DNA from: Botryllus schlosseri
Taxonomy: Eukaryota
Length of the DNA: 64,000 nucleotides
Direction of reading: 5' to 3'
Assembly (NCBI GenBank): GCA_051294905.1
Contig: CM119371.1
Location: forward strand, 40,302,001 to 40,366,000
The notes below the pieces were generated by a model. The model ran no database searches, had not been told where the DNA came from, and saw nothing but the letters and a program-made list of their open reading frames with translations. The stretch's first letter is position 1, and the number at the start of each line of letters is the position of its first letter. Both the position numbers and the translations under genes were made by a program. Below, piece after piece: positions 28,145 to 38,359 of the stretch.

Positions 28145-28177
28145 ATGTGTATTTTTGCAGAATATAGTTAAAAATAT

Positions 28178-31100
28178 ATGGCTCGTCGAAGACGCTACGA
28201 GGAAGATGCTAGCTTTATCATCGATGAATCGCTCGGTTTTGATAACGACGCAACAGAGGTTTTGCAATCGCACTCCAATTCGAATATCGATTCCGAATGG
28301 ATTAATAGCAGGAGGGTTGCAAGAGGTGCGAGAGAGGCGATCAATGTACGTCTAATCGGGAGAGGTATGAATGATATTCATGGGCGCATGTCATCGATAT
28401 TCCCGAGAAGATTGCGACAATTCAAAGCTAACTATGCATACGGCTTCTTGCTGTATAATCGAGAGACAGAAAGACATAGCTATTTTCATCCGCAATCAAC
28501 CCGTGCTGTTTTGGATCTACCGACACCTATACTTTCACGGGAGGACTTTGATCGTTTCATTAACGAAATCGATTTATCAGCTGCTTACGAGCAAGCGAGA
28601 CAAGCAAGACCGGACACTAAGTTTTACTGCGTTGCTATATTACATATTCAATTTTTCTTGTATGAAATGCCACGAGTTTTACTGGGCTGCCCTAGTGCAT
28701 CGATATCTAAGGAGCTAAAAAACTGTCGTTATATAAGAACATTTATTCGAAATAGACGTGGAGAACTACTGAACGATTCGCTATGCCTCTTCCGTTGCTT
28801 ATCCCAGTTCATCAAGAAAAAACGAGACGAGAAGCACGTCGCACAATTGGCCTCTCAATTTCGTGAACGGTACCGTATCCCTATAGATGACGGTGTACCA
28901 CTCGATGAGTTGAGTAAAGTTGAGGAATGTTTTCACGTAAAGATACTTGTCTATGAAAAACGTGATCATCAAGCATTTTTATTGCGACAGTCCGAAGCGG
29001 ATGACCCAGTGGTTCATATACACATGGAAAGTGCACATTCTTGCCTGATCACAAATATCGAACTTTATTCCCAGACATTCTTTTGTGAATCGTGTAAAGT
29101 TTTCTTTCAGACTAAGGATAATTTAACGCGTCACCTAAAACGCAAATGCACAACGTCCCAAGGGAGGAAATATGCTAGCGGGGTATACCGACCGAAACCC
29201 ACCGTATTCGAGCAAATGGAATCCGAAGGCATTTTCGTTGAGAACCAAAAGAGATTCTTCCCGTACCGTATGTGTTTTGACTTTGAATCCATGCTCGTGA
29301 AGGATGAGCTCAGAGCTAATTCTGCAAAAGTAGAATACGTTAATAGGCACGTCCCCGTCTCCGTGTCCTTATCGAATAACGTAACGAATGAAACTAAAAC
29401 TTTCATATCCGACGGTTGTCCGCAGACGTTAATCGATGAAATGATCGGGTAAATTTATCGCGTACAGGAACTCGCCTCAGCTGAAATGCGAGAATCTTTT
29501 GCCAATGAAATAATCGAACTTGAGAATTTGATTGAAGAACGGAAATTGATCGATCCCTCTAATAGAAGAACCTATTTGGATAATATCTCGCTTCGACTCC
29601 ATACGTGGCTCGATCAAATACCCATAATCGGTTTCAATTCTTCGCGCTACGATCTGAATTTATGCAAAAAATATCTAATCAAATCCTTGCACAAGGAAAG
29701 CGGATTCTTCGTTTTGAAAAGGAACAGCGCCTATTTGACAATCGCAACGCACAGATTAAAATTTCTGGATATTTCGCTATTCCTGAGTCCGGGTTATAGT
29801 TTGGACGCTTACATGAAGCTATACGGGGATGGGGTGAACGCAAAATTTTATTTCCCCTACGAATATCTCGATAGCATCGAGCGCCTCGACGAAACGTCGC
29901 TACCGAGTCATGAATCGTTTTACAACGCGTTCCGCAATTCGAATATAACGGAAGAGCAATACGCAGAATGCGTCGCTGTATGGCAACGCGAGGGTATGAC
30001 CGCATTCCGCGATTTTCTCCGATATTACAACGAAGGTGACGTCATTGGCTTCTTAACCGCGCTGAATAACAATTTCGAATTTTACAAAACGCTCGGCATC
30101 GATATGTTCAAGGGTAACGTGAGCCTTCCGAATATAGCGAGTAGACTGATGTTTCGTGATTGCTACGATATCACTCTTCTGAATAAGGCCAATGCTGACC
30201 TTCACGAAACGATTCTGAACAACTTGGTAGGAGGTTTGTCACAGATTACGTCACGGTACGCTATGGCGGGTGAAACGAAAATACGCAGTCTTCGCTACGG
30301 TGACAGTGCTAAAACCGTCAAGAAAGTAGTAGGATATGACGCAAATGCCCTCTATTTGGGGTGCATAAATCAAAATATGCCAACGGGTTACCCTATAAGG
30401 TGGATTTATGATGAGGAAAAGCAAAAATTCCATAAACAGCGCGTTTGGCCTACTCATGCGGAGCGCGAATGGTTGGAATACGAAAGTCACGTTCGTGACA
30501 TCAAAATTCAGCACGCCTGGAACGGTAGTCAAGTGAGAATCGGAAATAAACGCCTATTTGTCGACGGGAACGCCGGTAAACTCATCTTTCAGTACGATGG
30601 GTGCTATTACCACGCTTGTAGGAGCTGTTTCCCCGATAAAGAGAACACCGAGAGGCGTGAACTCACCAAACAAAACACGGAATATTTGGAAAAATTGGGA
30701 TATACCGTTATCCGTATGAAGGAATGCGTTTGGACGAATATGAAACGAGACCCTGAAATTGCGCAATTTGTCTCAAAGTTCGAGCGTAAAGTCACGAAAG
30801 CTTATTATCTCACTGAGGCGCAGTTGCTCAAGCGCACGCTCGACGGCTCATTTTTCGGTGCAATCGAGTGTGACATTCATTGTCCCGACCATTTAAAATC
30901 GAAATTCGAAGAGTTACCTCCTTTTTTCAAACATATGGAAGTAAACGAGTGCGATATCGGTGAACATATGCGTGAATACGCCAAGGAAAACAATATTAAG
31001 TTTCCGAAAAAATTTCTGGGCTCTAGTTATTTCACGAAAAAACAGTTATTTAATACGGATTTGCTTCAATGGTGCTTGAAAAGCGGCATGATCGTGACTC

Positions 31101-32003
31101 GCGTATTCCAAGCTGTCGAATATGAACCAAAACAAGTTTTCACACCCTTCGTTGAGCGAGTATCCTCTGAGCGTCGCAAAGGCGATGTCCTCCCAAAAGA
31201 TCCGGCCCGTGAAATGGAGGCGTTGACATGGAAGACGATTGGAAATAGTGCTTTTGGCCGCACTATTCAAAACCCTAATAAATATAGGGAACACGAATAC
31301 GTTACGTTGGAAGAATTACCGTCGTGCGTTGAAAAAAGTAGCTACGCGTCCGCTAAACATTTGTGACGAAAACCCAGTCATTGTGGGCTTCTTTATATTC
31401 TGCTGTGCCAAGCTGAGAATGCTCCAGTTTCTATATGACTGCCTACATGTGTATTTGGACGATAGCGATTGGGGTTTTCTCGAAACAGATACTGATTCGG
31501 CGTACATAAGCTTAAGCTCCGATACGATCTATTCTCTCATCAAGCCTTCCATGAAAAAACAATTTTTTGAAAATCACGACAAATGGTTCGTGGCTCGCGC
31601 ATGTGCAGAGCATAAATGTGATTTTGAACGAGATCCCGTTGGTTTTAAAACTGATAAAGCATGCTGCATTGAGGTTCGCAATTACTCGAAGCGTATACCG
31701 GGTTTATTCAAAGAAGAGTGGATCGGAGATGGGTTTATAGGCCTAAATTCCAAGACCTATTATTGCAAAGGCGACACCGATAAATACAGCTCGAAAGGGC
31801 TTCAAAAAACGGCCAAGAAAACTTTCAAAGATTTCAAAGGCATTCTTCAAAATAGATCGATCACGGGTGGCGTCAATAGTGGTTTTCGTTGCTATGGGAG
31901 CGATATGTTTACGTATAAGCAATATCGAAGTGCTTTGAGTTATGGTTATTATAAAAGGATTGTGCTTGATGATGGAATTCATACATTGCCTTTATCTCTG
32001 TAA
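28178..32003 (+). pseudogene. Protein-primed family B DNA polymerase (pPolB), disrupted
   Basis: Exo motifs DFES, GFNSSRYD, YNEGD; polymerase motifs YDANALY, KTIGNSAFG, DTDS, KTY; zinc finger CESC..H..C. ORFs 28178 and 29486 are in the same frame, separated by TAA at 29450-29452. A frameshift at ~31340-31366 leads into the ORF ending at 32003. Confidence 0.92.
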
Positions 32004-32006
32004 TAA

Positions 32007-32624
32007 ATGGATCGAATACGTACATTGCATGCTCCGTTTCGGATGATCGTAATTGGTCCGAGCAGTAGCGGGAAGAGTTATTTTACTTACGAGTTGGTGA
32101 AGAACGCAGAGAAGATGATTAGACCGGCTCCTGAAAAAATTGTATGGCTGTATAATAATTATCAGGCGTTGTACGATAAAATGAAAGGGGTAGAATTTTC
32201 GCAAGGGCTCTCCGAACTCAAAAAGTTACAGAAAGGAAATAGGCACGTTCTCTTGGTGATCGACGACATGATGACGGAAGCGAAAGAGGCTAGAGATCTA
32301 TTCACTCGATACAGCCACCACGCAAAGACTAGTGTCGTGTTCATATGTCAAAATTTGTTCTATAGGGGTCAAGGCTTTCGGGATATGACCTTGAGCGCGA
32401 GCTATATCGTGATATTTAAAAATCCCCGTGATGCGAGTCAAATCAGTTTTCTTTCACGTCAAATGTTCCCGGATAAAGCCGGATTCCTTACGGAGGCTTA
32501 TAAAAAGGCAACTCGAACACCGTTCTCGTACATACTGGTTGACGTGACGCAAGAGACAGACGAAAATTATCGTCTTCGCAGCAAAATATTCCCACATCAA
32601 AAGTTGACGGTATATCAACAATAA
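32007..32624 (+). CDS. A32/FtsK-like DNA packaging ATPase
   Basis: Walker A GPSSSGKS, Walker B LLVIDD, and SHH, QN and FKNPRD motifs typical of Polinton ATPases. Confidence 0.95.
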   Translation: MDRIRTLHAPFRMIVIGPSSSGKSYFTYELVKNAEKMIRPAPEKIVWLYNNYQALYDKMKGVEFSQGLSELKKLQKGNRHVLLVIDDMMTEAKEARDLFTRYSHHAKTSVVFICQNLFYRGQGFRDMTLSASYIVIFKNPRDASQISFLSRQMFPDKAGFLTEAYKKATRTPFSYILVDVTQETDENYRLRSKIFPHQKLTVYQQ

Positions 32625-32659
32625 ATACAGCTCGCGCTGCAGATTTTAGGGCATTCAAC

Positions 32660-33067
32660 ATGTCGAAGAGGGGAAGTAACATATCTCGAAAACGATTGAG
32701 CGACTATCACGTTAAATTAAAACTTTTGAAAAACGCTAAAGGGAAACAACGAAAAGAACTTTTGTCGAACAATCAATTTTTAAGTTGCGTTTGCCAGTGC
32801 GTTCATAACTTGGCTTCAGGGACAGTACGTATCTCCCCGTCTAGAAAGTTGAGGCTTGGAAAACACAAATCCGATATCAGACAATTGCTGGCGCAAAAAA
32901 CTCGCAGAGGTCAACGGAGGGTGCTACAAAAGGGTGGATTCCTCTCAGGTATAAAGATTATGATAAAATAGCAACTTTTTTCTAACTAGTCTGTTTTAGC
33001 TATATTAGGCGCTGCAATCCCCGTCATCGGGAGTCTGTTGGGTAAACTTTTCGGAAAGAATGCGTGA
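32660..33067 (+). CDS. PM/protein-X-like basic virion protein, two exons (32660-32948 + 33000-33067), 118 aa
   Basis: Basic N-terminal domain ending QKGGFLS. Removing the GT..CTAAC..AG intron 32949-32999 adds AILGAAIPVIGSLLGKLFGKNA*. Confidence 0.75.
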
Positions 33068-33398
33068 ACTACAATTCCCCGCATTTCGAAGCAAGGACGA
33101 ATGGGAAAAGAAATTTGATAAACATATATCGAAAATTAAAAGCTCTCCATTGAATGCTTCCGAGAAACTTGCTCTGTATAGGCATGGTATTGCTCAACTG
33201 AGAAACTTGAGAAAAGACGTAGACGCAGCGACCGCCCGCCCTCCCGCCGCACACACGGGGCTCGCGAGCCCCGTAGCGAAAAAAAAGCGCCCGCAAAAGA
33301 AACGCCCGCGCCGGATTCCACAACCTTCGTTTCCCTGGCTTTATAATAGACAGCGTAAGCCTAATCCCCGTATATACGGGAAAGAATGGGAGACGTAG
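33060..33398 (+). CDS. Basic putative core/DNA-binding protein
   Basis: 112-aa K/R-rich ORF overlapping both neighbours in the structural operon-like block. Confidence 0.65.
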   Translation: MRELQFPAFRSKDEWEKKFDKHISKIKSSPLNASEKLALYRHGIAQLRNLRKDVDAATARPPAAHTGLASPVAKKKRPQKKRPRRIPQPSFPWLYNRQRKPNPRIYGKEWET

Positions 33399-34384
33399 AC
33401 TATTTTGATCCGAAACAGCCCAAATCGTATAGGGGCGCTCATTTGCAAAAGGAAAAAGAATGGCTTAAAGGACAAGATACTTATACTTTTCATTTTCCGT
33501 TACGTAAGAAATTTAGGCGTGAACGTGTAGTGGTCTCCGGTATCAATGCTCAGTTTCAGAGCGATTTGATGGATCTGCAATCTATTTCAAAGTACAATAG
33601 CGGTTTTCGTTTTGTGGTGGTGGTGATTGATATTTTTAGCAAATACCTTTGGATGATAGCGATTAAAAATAAAACTGCTTCAAGTATGATTTCTGCTTTC
33701 AAACGTGTGTTTCGTGAACGCGTACCGTTAGTGTTACAAACCGATCAAGGTAGCGAATATACCAATCGCGCTTTCCAGAATTATCGAAAGGAGAACAAAG
33801 TTAGATATTTCTATACGAGGAGCGAATTAAAATCCTCTGTCGTTGAAAGGGTGATTCGTACTATGAAGGCGATTATGTATCGATTTTTCACAAAAAATAA
33901 CACGAGGAATTACGTGAGCGCTCTCGATGACTTAACTTACTCCTACAACAGGACGTACCATCGTAGCATTGCCATGGCCCCAAACCAAGTGAATTCGTCT
34001 AATCAGGAATCGGTTTGGAGAAGACTTTACGGGTTTCAAGAAGCTAAACAACCCGACCTCGCTGTAGGAGTACCCGTCCGTATATCGAAAATTCGAAATC
34101 TTTTTGAGAAAAGCAGCCTACCCAACTGGCAACGGGAAATTTTCTATATCGCAGACGCCCAAAAGGGGGATCCCCCAATGTATCGCTTACGTGATTACGG
34201 TGGTGAAGTCATACAGGGTAGATTTTATAGAGAGGAGCTCCAACGCGTAAAAGAACCGCAAACTTGGCGTGTCGAGAAGATTATAAGAAGGCGTAAACGC
34301 GCGGGACGAGAACAGTATTTAGTGCGCTGGTTGGGATATGGAAGTGGATTCGACAGCTGGGTCGATAAGAAGGATATCGTCTAG
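33386..34384 (+). CDS. Retroviral-like (rve) integrase with C-terminal chromodomain
   Basis: DDE triad in QSDLMD, QTDQGSEY, VVERVIRT. C-terminal VEKII...YLVRWLGY...DSWV chromodomain. Confidence 0.96.
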   Translation: MGDVDYFDPKQPKSYRGAHLQKEKEWLKGQDTYTFHFPLRKKFRRERVVVSGINAQFQSDLMDLQSISKYNSGFRFVVVVIDIFSKYLWMIAIKNKTASSMISAFKRVFRERVPLVLQTDQGSEYTNRAFQNYRKENKVRYFYTRSELKSSVVERVIRTMKAIMYRFFTKNNTRNYVSALDDLTYSYNRTYHRSIAMAPNQVNSSNQESVWRRLYGFQEAKQPDLAVGVPVRISKIRNLFEKSSLPNWQREIFYIADAQKGDPPMYRLRDYGGEVIQGRFYREELQRVKEPQTWRVEKIIRRRKRAGREQYLVRWLGYGSGFDSWVDKKDIV

Positions 34385-34547
34385 TCGGAACCTTTATCAG
34401 TTTTTGGCGCAACTAGTAATCATACTGGTCATCGTATCGTTCTCTCTCTATAATCTTACCATTTCGAATGGGAACAAAGAGCTTTGGATATCACTGCTCT
34501 CCTCTTGCATTGGTTATATGCTCCCGAATCCCAAGCTCAAAATATGA
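34338..34547 (+). CDS. Small two-helix membrane protein
   Basis: FLAQLVIILVIVSFSLYNLT...LWISLLSSCIGYMLPNP. Its stop overlaps the next ATG (ATGA). Confidence 0.65.
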   Translation: MEVDSTAGSIRRISSSRNLYQFLAQLVIILVIVSFSLYNLTISNGNKELWISLLSSCIGYMLPNPKLKI

Positions 34548-35353
34548 GCTACGTCACGCTATTTTCGAACGCTTCCATGGATAAATTTCCTGATAATACA
34601 AGAGCGAGTTATTGCGTTGAATTGGACGTCCCGAAAAACGTGGAAGATACAGAAGTTTCTCTGGCTGAGATCTCCTTCCCTACGGATTATCAAAAACAGT
34701 ATAGGATCACGAAGAATAGGTATGGGATCAGATCGCAAAAGAGAACAAGAAAATTTCATTTTAAATTGGGAGAATACGACTCGTTATATGACATGTATAG
34801 ATCGTTGGAAAGAGACAATCCTGATGCAAAAGTAACATGTTTCCCTGAAAATCATAGTATGTCTATCTCTATACCTCATAACGAGGTAACCGACAAATTG
34901 CGACCAGAGACGGACATAGGGCATAGTAGCTTGCTACGCCTCGGAGAATTGTACGGTGCTCTTATGCATAAGGAAACGAGGGAGGAGTTATTGGTGTTTC
35001 ATTTCCCGAATACTAATTGTACATTGTGGAATTATTTTTTCACCGAGGGTATCATTCATTTGAACTTTCGCATGCGACATGATCCGACTATCGATTTCGT
35101 TTATGTTCATTGTAATATCATTGAGCCACAAGAAGATAGCGGTAGGCTCTTACCGTTGTTACGCGTCGTTCAGGTGAACAATCGTAAATCATTTTCGAAA
35201 TATTACACGAAGCCTTTTTATTTCCCTGGTAATATAAATAGGCTAGAACGCGTCGAAATATCGCTACTTGATGAAAAGGGACAGAAAATACCCTTTCGAA
35301 GTTCTCCTTCGAGTGTTGTATTGCATTTTCGTAGACGGGGAGTTGCATTATGA
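34544..35353 (+). CDS. Minor capsid (penton/PX) protein 1
   Basis: N-terminal YVTLFSNAS..FPDNT...LAEISFP and C-terminal VYVHCNIIE..LLRVV..ISLLDEKG..I.F..VVLHFRR. Probable start is ATG 34544. Confidence 0.85.
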   Translation: MSYVTLFSNASMDKFPDNTRASYCVELDVPKNVEDTEVSLAEISFPTDYQKQYRITKNRYGIRSQKRTRKFHFKLGEYDSLYDMYRSLERDNPDAKVTCFPENHSMSISIPHNEVTDKLRPETDIGHSSLLRLGELYGALMHKETREELLVFHFPNTNCTLWNYFFTEGIIHLNFRMRHDPTIDFVYVHCNIIEPQEDSGRLLPLLRVVQVNNRKSFSKYYTKPFYFPGNINRLERVEISLLDEKGQKIPFRSSPSSVVLHFRRRGVAL

Positions 35354-36072
35354 AATATATTCATATTACGTCACACGAGTCTGATTTTACTCTCGATCTC
35401 GCGAAACCGATAGATTCTGGTGAATGGGAGATAGGGCTTGCCGAGTTGTCTTTTAAAAATAATTTTCAGCCCACGTTCGAGCCTTACGACGGCTTGTTGT
35501 GGTACGTGAATGATGCGGAAGGCGATAATAATTTTTATTATTCCCCGGCTGGTGATTATCATGATAAAATTAGTTTGATGAAGCGTATCAATCACGATCA
35601 GAAAAAAGCACGATTTATTTGGGTAGATGGTTCTGGTCCGGTCTTGATAGCGGGACCCTACAAGAGTTCCAGCGGTCCGAGACTTTTCATGGATAATAGA
35701 AACCCCGTTCTCAGAGGAGGCGCTCGTTCGGAGGTAGAGCTAGATGGTGGATTACATAGACGAAGAAAAATTCACTTTCAAGGGGAACCTGAGTCCGTGA
35801 CCAACGTTTTAGTTTATACGGATGTCATCACACCTCAAATTGTAGGTGATACGAGTGCGCCTCTACTACGCAATATCCGCGTTACGACAGGAATAGATGA
35901 ATATAAGCATATGCTATTCAAAAAAATATATTTCTTTCCTCTGAATACGGAGCGAGTAAGCGAGATACGCGTTATGCTTCGTGATGATAAAGGCGAAGCT
36001 ATAAAGTTTGGGAACGCGCCTCTTCCTCTCACACTTGCTTTGAGACATCATGAGGAGTCATTATTGCTGTGA
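35350..36072 (+). CDS. Minor capsid (penton/PX) protein 2
   Basis: WEIGLAELSF; VYTDVITPQIVGDTSAPLLR; LRDDKGEAIKF. Confidence 0.87.
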   Translation: MKYIHITSHESDFTLDLAKPIDSGEWEIGLAELSFKNNFQPTFEPYDGLLWYVNDAEGDNNFYYSPAGDYHDKISLMKRINHDQKKARFIWVDGSGPVLIAGPYKSSSGPRLFMDNRNPVLRGGARSEVELDGGLHRRRKIHFQGEPESVTNVLVYTDVITPQIVGDTSAPLLRNIRVTTGIDEYKHMLFKKIYFFPLNTERVSEIRVMLRDDKGEAIKFGNAPLPLTLALRHHEESLLL

Positions 36073-36421
36073 TCGGGAGGCGTTCAGAAACTATTATCAC
36101 CAACAGAGCGGTGGTGCTATCAATTTTTTGGGGGGTAAAGTGCAGAGAGGTCATGGACTTGGAAACTTATTTCGTTCGTTCGGAAGAAGCGTTATGCCCT
36201 TAATTTCGAAAGGTGCAAAATCACTCGGGAAGCGTCTACTACATACCGGTGCGCAAGTAGCCTCTGATGTTCTTAATGGAGAGAATGTCGGCGATAGTCT
36301 TAAAATACGCGGAAAGGAAGCCGCTGGGAACGCTCTCTATTCTTTACTGAGAAAAAGAAAAATGCCAAGAGGGGGTCGTAAGATCACGAAAAAGAGCCGT
36401 CGCAAAGATATTTTCGATTAA
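36050..36421 (+). CDS. PW-like basic virion core protein
   Basis: YY.QQSGG...QRGHGLGNLFRSF...PL pattern with a basic C-terminus ending DIFD, located just before the major capsid. Confidence 0.8.
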   Translation: MRSHYCCDREAFRNYYHQQSGGAINFLGGKVQRGHGLGNLFRSFGRSVMPLISKGAKSLGKRLLHTGAQVASDVLNGENVGDSLKIRGKEAAGNALYSLLRKRKMPRGGRKITKKSRRKDIFD

Positions 36422-36470
36422 ATATATATTACACGACGATAAGCATCATTTGTTACTTGAGACTTGATAG

Positions 36471-37748
36471 ATGGCGGAGTTAATTCATGTACAGTCCCCA
36501 GAGGGGGTACATCCCTCATTGGATTTATTTCACATTCCCGCGACTCAGACTAGCGTTGAAAAGAAAAGAATCATCAAGATAGCGCCGATTTCGAACAACT
36601 CTAGTGTGATAACATTCCGCTTCGAAGGCTCAGAAGACTTTATCGATTTGAGCGAGAGCTATTTCTTATTTCATTTACAATTAAAGAAAGGTGGCGAAGC
36701 AATTGGTGCCGATGATGATGTTGGAGTTGTAGAAAATATCTTGGATTCCTTGATTTCTCAACTACAAATTAAAGTCGCTAACGAAACTTTGAAACAAGAT
36801 ATAAAAGTACAGTGTTATTCGTCCTATCTGCACAATTTATTCACTCCGCTTGACGTGCAAAATACCACACTGAGGGCCTCAGGATGGAGAAAGGATACTT
36901 TAGGAAAAATGGATACGATCGGTGGAACTAACGCCTCGGCTAACAAAGGATATTACAACAGGAGTAAAGCCTATAAGGATGATAACGTGGTGGAAATACG
37001 TGCGAAAATCCATCACGGACTATGTCTGCAAGACCGCTACATCCTACATGACGTGCCTCTCGAGTTTGAGCTTACCTTGAATCCGAAAAGCTTTTTCATG
37101 ATGGGAGATGCTACCGGTCAATTCACCTTAACGAAAAAGGAATTACAGTTATGTAGCGTACGAGTCAGCGACGATGTGAAGACAGCGATGATGGTTAATG
37201 CCCAGGCGAAATATCCGTATATCGACATGAAGTTGATCACCCGAACATTTGCGGCTGCTACGACGCAGATAGATATCGGGAATCTATATAGCGGGACTCT
37301 ACCTTCTCGCCTAATCATCGGAATGGTAGCTACGAAAGCCTTTCAAGGAGATGTTACGAAAAATCCTTATAATTTCATACACAATAATATGCAACGACTC
37401 GAACTGAAACTGAACGGATTTCTGATTCCGGAGGGAGGTTATGAGCTAGATTTCGATAAGGGTCATTACACGGAGCTTTACCATAACATGATAGAAGGTA
37501 CGGGTGCAATGGAGAAAAACAGAGGGCTCCTAACGCCCGAAGAGTTCGCTAGTGGTTTCTGTCTACTGGTTTATAATTTGCGCCCTGATGATTTGGATGA
37601 TTGCTTTGAAATACAAAAGAGTGGTACCTTAAGTTTACGGATCACATTTCCTGTTGGCGGGCTAACAGCGGAAACTACTTTGCTCTGTTTCATGGAATTC
37701 CAGAAGCTATTGCAAATCAGTAGCAGTCGTAAAGTGACCGTGCTATGA
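36471..37748 (+). CDS. Major capsid protein (double jelly-roll, PY/hexon-like)
   Basis: 425 aa; LDLF..PATQT, FIDLSES, PSRLIIGMV...F.G...NPYNF.H motifs. Confidence 0.93.
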   Translation: MAELIHVQSPEGVHPSLDLFHIPATQTSVEKKRIIKIAPISNNSSVITFRFEGSEDFIDLSESYFLFHLQLKKGGEAIGADDDVGVVENILDSLISQLQIKVANETLKQDIKVQCYSSYLHNLFTPLDVQNTTLRASGWRKDTLGKMDTIGGTNASANKGYYNRSKAYKDDNVVEIRAKIHHGLCLQDRYILHDVPLEFELTLNPKSFFMMGDATGQFTLTKKELQLCSVRVSDDVKTAMMVNAQAKYPYIDMKLITRTFAAATTQIDIGNLYSGTLPSRLIIGMVATKAFQGDVTKNPYNFIHNNMQRLELKLNGFLIPEGGYELDFDKGHYTELYHNMIEGTGAMEKNRGLLTPEEFASGFCLLVYNLRPDDLDDCFEIQKSGTLSLRITFPVGGLTAETTLLCFMEFQKLLQISSSRKVTVL

Positions 37749-38200
37749 ACGGGGATGAAATAGACCAAATATTGTGGTGCTGCGAGTCAACAAAACATAT
37801 TTTCCTTGGCACATTTCCTATCGATCGACTGCCGAGGCGACCCCCTCCTCCTTATGCTATCGTGATCAATTATGACGAAGCTCGAAAAATCGGAAGTCAC
37901 TGGATATGCATTTACGCGGATGAGGATGAGACACATTTTCACGATAGCTTTGGCTTAATGCCGCTGAAATACGAGATTGCGTGCTTTATAGAACCAGAAA
38001 ATTATACCTGCTCCATAAAGCGTCTGCAGCACAAACGTTCCAGAGCTTGCGGTCATCATTGTCTAAGCTTTATCGTCCATAAGGCGCGTGGATGGAGCAC
38101 GGAACGTTATTTAAATTCCTTCGGCGAAGATCACCGCAAGAATGATTCGGTCGTACGACGCTTCGTCAAGGAGCTGAAGCAAGAAAATGAAATTGTATAA
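37745..38200 (+). CDS. Adenain-like (clan CE) cysteine maturation protease
   Basis: GSHW, DSFG, Q and CG catalytic motifs present; 151 aa. Confidence 0.93.
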   Translation: MNGDEIDQILWCCESTKHIFLGTFPIDRLPRRPPPPYAIVINYDEARKIGSHWICIYADEDETHFHDSFGLMPLKYEIACFIEPENYTCSIKRLQHKRSRACGHHCLSFIVHKARGWSTERYLNSFGEDHRKNDSVVRRFVKELKQENEIV

Positions 38201-38211
38201 ATGTATATGCG

Positions 38212-38217
38212 AATAAA
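38212..38217 (+). terminator. Polyadenylation signal after the structural block
   Basis: AATAAA 11 bp after the protease stop. Confidence 0.55.
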
Positions 38218-38359
38218 ATCAATAGTTTAAAAGTTTGCTTAGTACGTTTAAGGGTGATATTCGCTACGTTCATTATAGCAATCATCTCAAAGTAGTAGAC
38301 TCTAAATCAGCAGTAGCGACTTGCTTTCGGTTAGGTGATAGTGGCTACATATTACCATT

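Noticed and set aside
28178..29452. Separate 424-aa gene or OTU domain
   Set aside because: In frame with downstream pPolB and contains ExoI (DFES), so it is the polymerase N-terminus. No OTU catalytic motif recognised.
29131..37768. Antisense and nested short ORFs in Polinton genes
   Set aside because: Shadows of the plus-strand genes with no recognisable motifs.
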